Shown: in pieces, positions 56,752 to 64,000 of the stretch
How the letters are laid out: each line of letters begins with the position of its first letter
Numbering within the stretch: position 1 is the stretch's first letter
Assembly: GCA_964016885.1 (NCBI GenBank)
Contig: OZ024763.1
Span: forward strand, 28,086,001 to 28,150,000
DNA: 64,000 bases
Direction: 5' to 3'
From: Eledone cirrhosa
Lineage: Eukaryota
Made by a program: the position numbers and the translations under genes
The notes under the pieces: generated by a model
What the model was told of the DNA's origin: nothing
Databases searched by the model: none
The model's input: only the letters and a program-made list of their open reading frames with translations

Positions 56752-57832
56752 CATGCACAAACCCTATATGTGTGTAATAATGAAGATTGAGTTATCAGAA
56801 TGTTAAGTAGATTAGAGAGAGAGCGAAGGGGGAGTCGAAGGGGAGAGATAGGGGAAGGGGGAGTCTCGAGGGGGGGGGGGGGGGGAGAAACAGAGAAGGA
56901 GGAAGAGATGTCAAAATGGAGAGAGAGAGAGAGAGAGAGAAGAGGAGGAGAGATTAGAGAGATAGTGAGGGGGAGAGATAATGACAAAGAGCGGATAGGG
57001 AATAGAGTGAGAGAAAGAAGCAGAGTGGCGAGGATGGAAAAGAGAGATAGAGAGAGGAAGAGGAGAGAGTGGGAGGGAGGAGAGAGATCGAGAGAGGGAG
57101 AGGAGAGAGTGGGAGAGAGATCGAGAGAGGAGAGAGTGGGAGGGAAAAGAGAGACAGAGAGGGAGGAGAGAGACAGAGATGGAGGAGAGAGACAGAGAGG
57201 GAGGAGAGAGACAGAGAAGGAGGAGAGAGATAGAGAGGGTGGAGAGAGACAGAGAGGGAGGAGAGACAGTGAAAAGTGAGAGGGGGTGAGATGGAAAATA
57301 TATAGAAACTACCAATAAAAACTAATGGACCGCTGTTCCCCCTCCGCCACCCATCATACACACACACAAACAGACACATACAAATATATATACATACAAA
57401 CAGACATATACACAGACATACAAATATACATACACACACACACACACATATATACATACATAGATACACACATACAAATATACACATACAGAAATACACA
57501 TACAGACATACACATACACACATACATATAAATATACATACACATATACACACATACATATAAATATACATACACACATACATATAAATATACATACACA
57601 TATACACACATACATATAAATATACATACACATATACACACATACATATAAATATACATACATACATACATATAAATATACATACACATATACACACATA
57701 CATATAAATATACATACATACACTGTCAGTAAAGAAGAGTCGACCAAAAAACGTAGACCAACACCGAGAAAAGAAACCGGAGGGAAATGGAGAGAAATAA
57801 ATAAATCTCGACAACGAATGGTATGGCATGGA

Positions 57833-59725
57833 AGGGTTGGCCTCGTTGATACGAGACTAGATTTAGATTACAGGTAAGGTTGGTCTCCTTGGTACGAGAC
57901 CAGATTTAGATCAAGAGTAAGGTTGGTCTCGTTGATACGAGAACAGATTTAGATCAAGAGTAAGGTTGGTCTCGTTGAAACGAGAACATGGGTAAGGTTG
58001 GTCTCGTATCAACGAGACCAGATTTAGATCAACAGTAAGGTTGGTCTCGTTGGTACGAGAACAGATTTAGATCAAGAGTAAGGTTGGTCTCGTTGAAACG
58101 AGAACATGGGTAAGGTTGGTCTCGTATCAACGAGACCAGATTTAGATCAACAGTAAGGTTGGTCTCGTTGATACGAGAACAGATTTAGATCAAGAGTAAG
58201 GTTGGTCTCGTTGAAACGAGAACATGGGTAAGGTTGGTCTCGTATCAACGAGACCAGATTTAGATCAACAGTAAGGTTGGTCTCGTTGGTACGAGAACAG
58301 ATTTAGATCAAGAGTAAGGTTGGTCTCGTTGAAACGAGAACATGGGTAAGGTTGGTCTCGTATCAACGTGACCAGATTTAGATCAACAGTAAGGTTGGTC
58401 TCGTTGATACGAGAACAGATTTAGATCAAGAGTAAGGTTGGTCTCGTTGAAACGAGAACATGGGTAAGGTTGGTCTCGTATCAACGAGACCAGATTTAGA
58501 TCAACAGTAAGGTTGGTCTCGTTGATACGAGAACAGATTTAGATCAAGAGTAAGGTTGGTCTCGTTGAAACGAGAACATGGGTAAGGTTGGTCTCGTATC
58601 AACGAGACCAGATTTAGATCAACAGTAAGGTTGGTCTCGTTGATACGAGAACAGATTTAGATCAAGAGTAAGGTTGGTCTCGTTGAAACGAGAACATGGG
58701 TAAGGTTGGTCTCGTATCAACGAGACCAGATTTAGATCAACAGTAAGGTTGGTCTCGTTGATACGAGAACAGATTTAGATCAACAGTAAGGTTGGTCTCG
58801 TTGGTACGAGAACAGATTTAGATCAAGAGTAAGGTTGGTCTCGTTGAAACGAGAACATGGGTAAGGTTGGTCTCGTATCAACGAGACCAGATTTAGATCA
58901 ACAGTAAGGTTGGTCTCGTTGATACGAGAACAGATTTAGATCAAGAGTAAGGTTGGTCTCGTTGAAACGAGAACATGGGTAAGGTTGGTCTCGTATCAAC
59001 GAGACCAGATTTAGAGCAACAGTAAGGTTGGTCTCGTTGGTACGAGAACAGATTTAGATCAAGAGTAAGGTTGGTCTCGTTGAAACGAGAACATGGGTAA
59101 GGTTGGTCTCGTATCAACGAGACCAGATTTAGATCAACAGTAAGGTTGGTCTCGTTGATACGAGAACAGATTTAGATCAAGAGTAAGGTTGGTCTCGTTG
59201 AAACGAGAACATGGGTAAGGTTGGTCTCGTATCAACGAGACCAGATTTAGATCAACAGTAAGGTTGGTCTCGTTGGTACGAGAACAGATTTAGATCAAGA
59301 GTAAGGTTGGTCTCGTTGAAACGAGAACATGGGTAAGGTTGGTCTCGTATCAACGAGACCAGATTTAGATCAACAGTAAGGTTGGTCTCGTTGATACGAG
59401 AACAGATTTAGATCAAGAGTAAGGTTGGTCTCGTTGAAACGAGAACATGGGTAAGGTTGGTCTCGTATCAACGAGAACAGATTTAGATCAAAAGTAAGGT
59501 TGGTCTCGTTGATACGAGAACATGGGTAAGGTTGGTCTCGTATCAACGAGACCAGATTTAGATCAACAGTAAGGTTGGTCTCGTACCACCGAGACCAGAT
59601 TTAGATCAAAAGTAAGGTTGGTCTCGTTGATACGAGAACATGGGTTGGGTTGATCTCGTCCACACGAGAACGGATTTAGAACTAGGTTCGGTGTTGGTCT
59701 CGTCGACACGAGACCAGATTTAGAA
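57833..59725. repeat. Satellite with a 118-bp higher-order unit (43+32+43-bp hairpin subunits), about 14 units
   Basis: Subunits taaggttggtctcgt[tgat|tgaa|atca]acgaga(a/c)ca... The period was measured from 57961 to 58079. Confidence 0.95.
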
Positions 59726-60377
59726 CATGTCAAACACAGAAAATACTTTATTGCATGATTCACGATGAACGTCACAAACAGAGACTTCGTGAATGATGGT
59801 GGCGTCGCAAGCGGAAGAGGCGGAAGAGGTCGTGGTGGTGGTCGTCGTCGTTGTTGTTGTTGTTGTTGTGGTGGTGGTGGTGGTGGTAATAATAAAGATT
59901 GGAGGACACAGTTAAATAACACGATAAACAGTCAACAAGCTGTGAAACATGCCAAGGGAATCTCTATCTCTCCCACTCCCCGTCTCTCTCGCTTTCTTTC
60001 TGTTCATGAACAGTATAATAGAATGTTTTCACATCTGTTTACATTTGAGCAAATATATACAGCACATACGCACACACACACACACGTATGTAGACACACA
60101 TATATATTATTTATATATTTATATATACACCCACAATATAATTTTTCAAGTGGTTGCTGCAAGTCAAATGCACTTGTGTTCTCAAGCTTTGAGAATTTCC
60201 AATAAACTAACATTTCATGTTCATATGCGTACACTGTATATATATATATATATATATATACATACATACACACACATATATATATATATATATACACACA
60301 CAATCTTCCTCTTTTTCGCTAACTACGATCGCGCGTTCACATTTTAATAGTTTGTAATTTCTAAGAGAGAAACAGCA

Positions 60378-60410
<33 letters not shown>

Positions 60411-60530
60411 ATATATATGTATATATTATATATATATTATATATATATATATTATATATATCCCGTTAAGGGTGAAAGCAGCGATTCTTTGCTTAAACTT
60501 TAATCTGTTATTTTTAATAAATATATATAT

Positions 60531-60578
<48 letters not shown>

Positions 60579-61247
60579 TTATATATATTTATATATAAAT
60601 ATATATATACAGGAAGAGAGAGAGAGAGAGAGGAAATACTGAAAGAGAAAAGGAAGATAGAGAGAGAAATAGAGAGAGAGGGAGAAAGATACAGAGGAGA
60701 GACTGAAAGAGAAAAAGAGTCAAGGGACAAGATAGGGAAATAAGGAGAGAAAGAGACTGAAAGAGAGAGAGGGTTTGAAGGAGTGAGAGAATAAGAGATG
60801 AAGAGAGAGAGAATAAAGGGGAATTGCATTTTCTTTTGTAAGGGCCTTAAAGAAAGAGCTAAACCTATTTTCTTCATTGCATTTCTTCCAGTCCTCTCTC
60901 CCTTACCCCACCCCAACCGCAACAGCATATAAGGGAGTGTACGGTGGTGGTGGCGGGGTGCTGCCGCCATTCGCTTCCTTGCTATTCAACAATTATTTTT
61001 ACCATTCTTCTTCATCTTCTTCTTCTTCATGTTGTTGTTGTTGTTGATATTACTATCAATGTTGTTGTTTTTGTTATTTGAGCTATTTTTATCTTCATTA
61101 TTAATATTGATGTTGTTGTTGTTGTTATTATGATTATAGTTGTTATTATTTGAGCTATTTTTACCATCATTACATTATTATTGCTGCTGCTGCTGCTGTT
61201 GTTGTTGTTGCTACTATTACTATTTATATTATTAATAGTAGTAGTAC

Positions 61248-61297
<50 letters not shown>

Positions 61298-61637
61298 ATA
61301 TTTCTTTTGTTGTTGCTGCTATTACTATTTATATTATTGTTAGTAGTAGTAGTAGTAGTAGTATTTCTGTTGTTGTTGTTATTGTTGCTGTTGTTGTCGC
61401 TGTTGCTAGAGTTAATGACGATGCAATTATTGTTGTTGTTATTGTTATTGTTCAGTTCGATGGGATCAATAACATACATTGAATACAGCAACGCCACCTA
61501 GTCAAAGACATTTTGTAAAGGAAAGCCCAAAAAAGAAAGCAAAGCTTAGAATCTAGATAAAGGAACATAATCACATTGCCTGTATATATATATACATACA
61601 TACACAAATGTATATATTCATACCTGTGTGTACGTAG

Positions 61638-61719
<82 letters not shown>

Positions 61720-61985
61720 AAAGGATGAGTGGTAAGGTACCAGATGGACCATAACGCACCAGAGTACTCAATACTTAGGGTAGTAGAGTGGGTAATAGGA
61801 AAAGAGTCAGGACCCCGACGGTTGAGCTCCGGAGGTTTCGACAGCAAGATCCGAACGCTGTCAATGAATCTAGCTGTGGAAACGAGCGAAGATCAGCAGT
61901 CGGGGTCATGTCTCTTATATATATATATAATATTATAAGGTGATGACAGGAGGCTGGATTTGTGTAAATCCTTGAAAGGTTTATT

Positions 61986-62043
61986 ATACTATGATCATTT
62001 CAATGACCGGGTTCCGTATGAATCCGGTGATATCATCAGGTAT
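61986..62043 (-). ncRNA. Type I hammerhead ribozyme motif (singleton)
   Basis: Reverse complement: ATAC-CTGATGA-tatcaccgga ttcatacggaa cccggtcatt-GAAA-TGATCA-TA-GTAT. Stem III A-TGATCA-T is palindromic. Confidence 0.78.
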
Positions 62044-62349
62044 TCGAAATATAATACGTGAATGTAATAGATAAAATCCATGGGGCTGAAAACCATACGG
62101 AATAGACCAGCTCTATACAGTGGTGAGCCTCAAACCTGAATATATATAGAGAATATATAGAGGGGTAAAAACACAGGAGAGGGTGTTTTTTTTTCATTTA
62201 CAGGGTGTTAAACCACCAGCGTGAAGATAATATAAGCTAAGAGAGGCATAGGAAAAACATTATAATTAAAAGTATAAATTAAAATGAGAAACCAACCTCA
62301 TATCTCAGTCACACATGTACAAACTCACTGGGAGATTGTTTCGCCATAT

Positions 62350-62510
62350 AATTGTTTCTACTTTAGGCACAAGGCCAGCAATTACCCAGTGCATTACTGG
62401 TACTTTATTTTATCGACCCCGTAAGGATGAAAGGCAAAGTTAACCTCGGCGGGATTTGAACTCGGTCCGTAAAGGGACGTAACTGTGCTGCAAAGAATGG
62501 CGTCCGACCC
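62350..62510 (-). mobile_element. SINE family 1 copy with target-site duplication
   Basis: Flanked by the direct repeat TCGCCATAT at 62341-62349 and 62511-62519. Confidence 0.8.
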
Positions 62511-62843
62511 TCGCCATATGATGGGTTCCAAATCGGCTTAGTGGGTCATCAGCATGTGCAAAGACCGATATTGTCCGCACTACTAAAGAGAGAACTATAG
62601 TAAACCACCTGTCGCGCGTGTAAAGAGAAGGGAAATACGTGCACAGGGCGGTGACCGGTGGTATGAACGGAACAAGCTGCTAGAAATGTCAGCCTATACC
62701 GTTCAATTTATGGTGCTCGGCAGCAGAGGGAACGCATGGAGCAACTATCAAGTAAAATGACGGAGTAAAGGACTCGCGTTTAATTTTGAGCTCATTTGAT
62801 TACAGCATTATACGCGAGTCCTTTACTCCGTCATTTTACTATA

Positions 62844-62929
<86 letters not shown>

Positions 62930-63036
62930 AAGTATGTTTTGAAACAGTGAGCAGGTTTGAAATTAGAAAATAGAATAGCTTTCACCGTATTTTTGACTAA
63001 AGGAATTTTAGCCTGATAATGGGGTTTAGAACCCTC

Positions 63037-63102
63037 AGATAAATGGAAAAAGATGAGTATTGACGTACATGTACGTCAATACTCATCTTTTTCCATTTAT
63101 CT
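63037..63102. repeat. Perfect 66-bp palindrome; a second 28-bp-arm inverted repeat at 62751-62840
   Basis: agataaatggaaaaagatgagtattgacgtaca|tgtacgtcaatactcatctttttccatttatct. Confidence 0.9.
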
Positions 63103-63309
63103 ATAGGTTTTTCTTGGTTCGTGGTTGGCTCTCGTTTAATTCTGCTTGTGTTTGCGTTCAATTTAAGGCAGTTGACGATCAAACTCCCTCCAGTCTATGG
63201 CAGGATTAAACCACCACGTATTGCGGTTATTTTCAGCTGAGAATACTGGAGCAATGTGAAATGAAGTGTATTGGCCCACAACACAACACACAACCCAGTC
63301 CAGGAATCA

Positions 63310-63448
63310 AACACACGACATTATGATCGTGAATCCAACATCCTTACCACTAGGCCACACACATAAATATATATGTATATATATATACACACACACACGA
63401 CATTATGATCGTGAATCCAACATCCTTACCACTAGGCCACACACATAA

Positions 63449-63482
<34 letters not shown>

Positions 63483-63565
63483 GACATTATGATCGTGAAT
63501 CCAACATCCTTACCACTAGGCCACACACATAAATATATATATATATATATACACACACACATAAA
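63310..63565. repeat. Triplicated SINE-head fragment separated by microsatellite
   Basis: acacgacattatgatcgtgaatccaacatccttaccactaggccacacac, three copies. Confidence 0.85.
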
Positions 63566-63694
63566 CACGGTTTGTCGTTCTCTAAATCTGTTTCCTTTCA
63601 AAGAATCCTCAAGCAAATATTCAATAGATGGAGAAAAAAAAACATTCGTTTTAGAATGCGAGAATGCGTTCCTCAATCAATCTCTCTCTCTCTC

Positions 63695-63731
<37 letters not shown>

Positions 63732-64000
63732 ACTGTGTGTATGTGTGTATGATTCCTCACACACACACACACATACACTCTCTCTCTCTAACACACACAC
63801 CTTTCTTTTTTCTTTCTTCCTCTTCATCAGTCAACGCCCCCCCCCCCTCCTCCTACACGTTCCTACATTTTTTTCTTTTTTCCACTTCATTGCTCACCTG
63901 ATTTCTACATCAGCCCCTTCTCCGCCTTCTCCTCCTCTTACAACTACTACAACAAACACCACCAACACACCACCACCTCGCTGGCTCCTTTCTCGATTTT

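Noticed and set aside
57833-59725. CRISPR-like array of palindromic repeats
   Set aside because: The sequences between hairpins are repeated rather than unique spacers, there are no cas genes, and the context is eukaryotic.
1730-63901. Hundreds of ORFs rich in YI, HT, CV, ER, SL or poly-amino-acid runs
   Set aside because: They are translations of microsatellites with no domain content or splice support.
1-64000. Autonomous Penelope element (RT plus GIY-YIG)
   Set aside because: No such ORF or fragment is visible, so the Penelope link of the HHR elements remains an inference.

Overview
Repeat-saturated, AT-rich animal genomic DNA. It is most likely a coleoid cephalopod (octopod), inferred from SINEs resembling the octopus tRNA-derived families and the extreme microsatellite load. 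The only host coding sequence I can support is one 667-nt minus-strand exon (46416-47082) of an Eph receptor tyrosine kinase (ligand-binding domain plus cysteine-rich region), so most or all of the window is probably Eph intron. The rest is microsatellites and minisatellites, two abundant SINE families, RTE and Tx1/L1-type LINE fragments, small MITEs, and a 1.9-kb hairpin-rich satellite with a 118-bp higher-order unit. The main unexplained signal is about 23 type I hammerhead-ribozyme (HHR) motifs (stem I - CUGANGA - stem II - GAAA - stem III - UH - stem I') in at least 8 sequence families. Most lie in short non-coding elements embedded in (TA)n tracts and often arranged as fold-back palindromes. 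A further ~14-copy family carries only the 3' half of a hammerhead. This resembles a diverse population of non-autonomous Penelope-pLTR/retrozyme-like elements. All structures and coordinates were read by eye; none were computed or tested.
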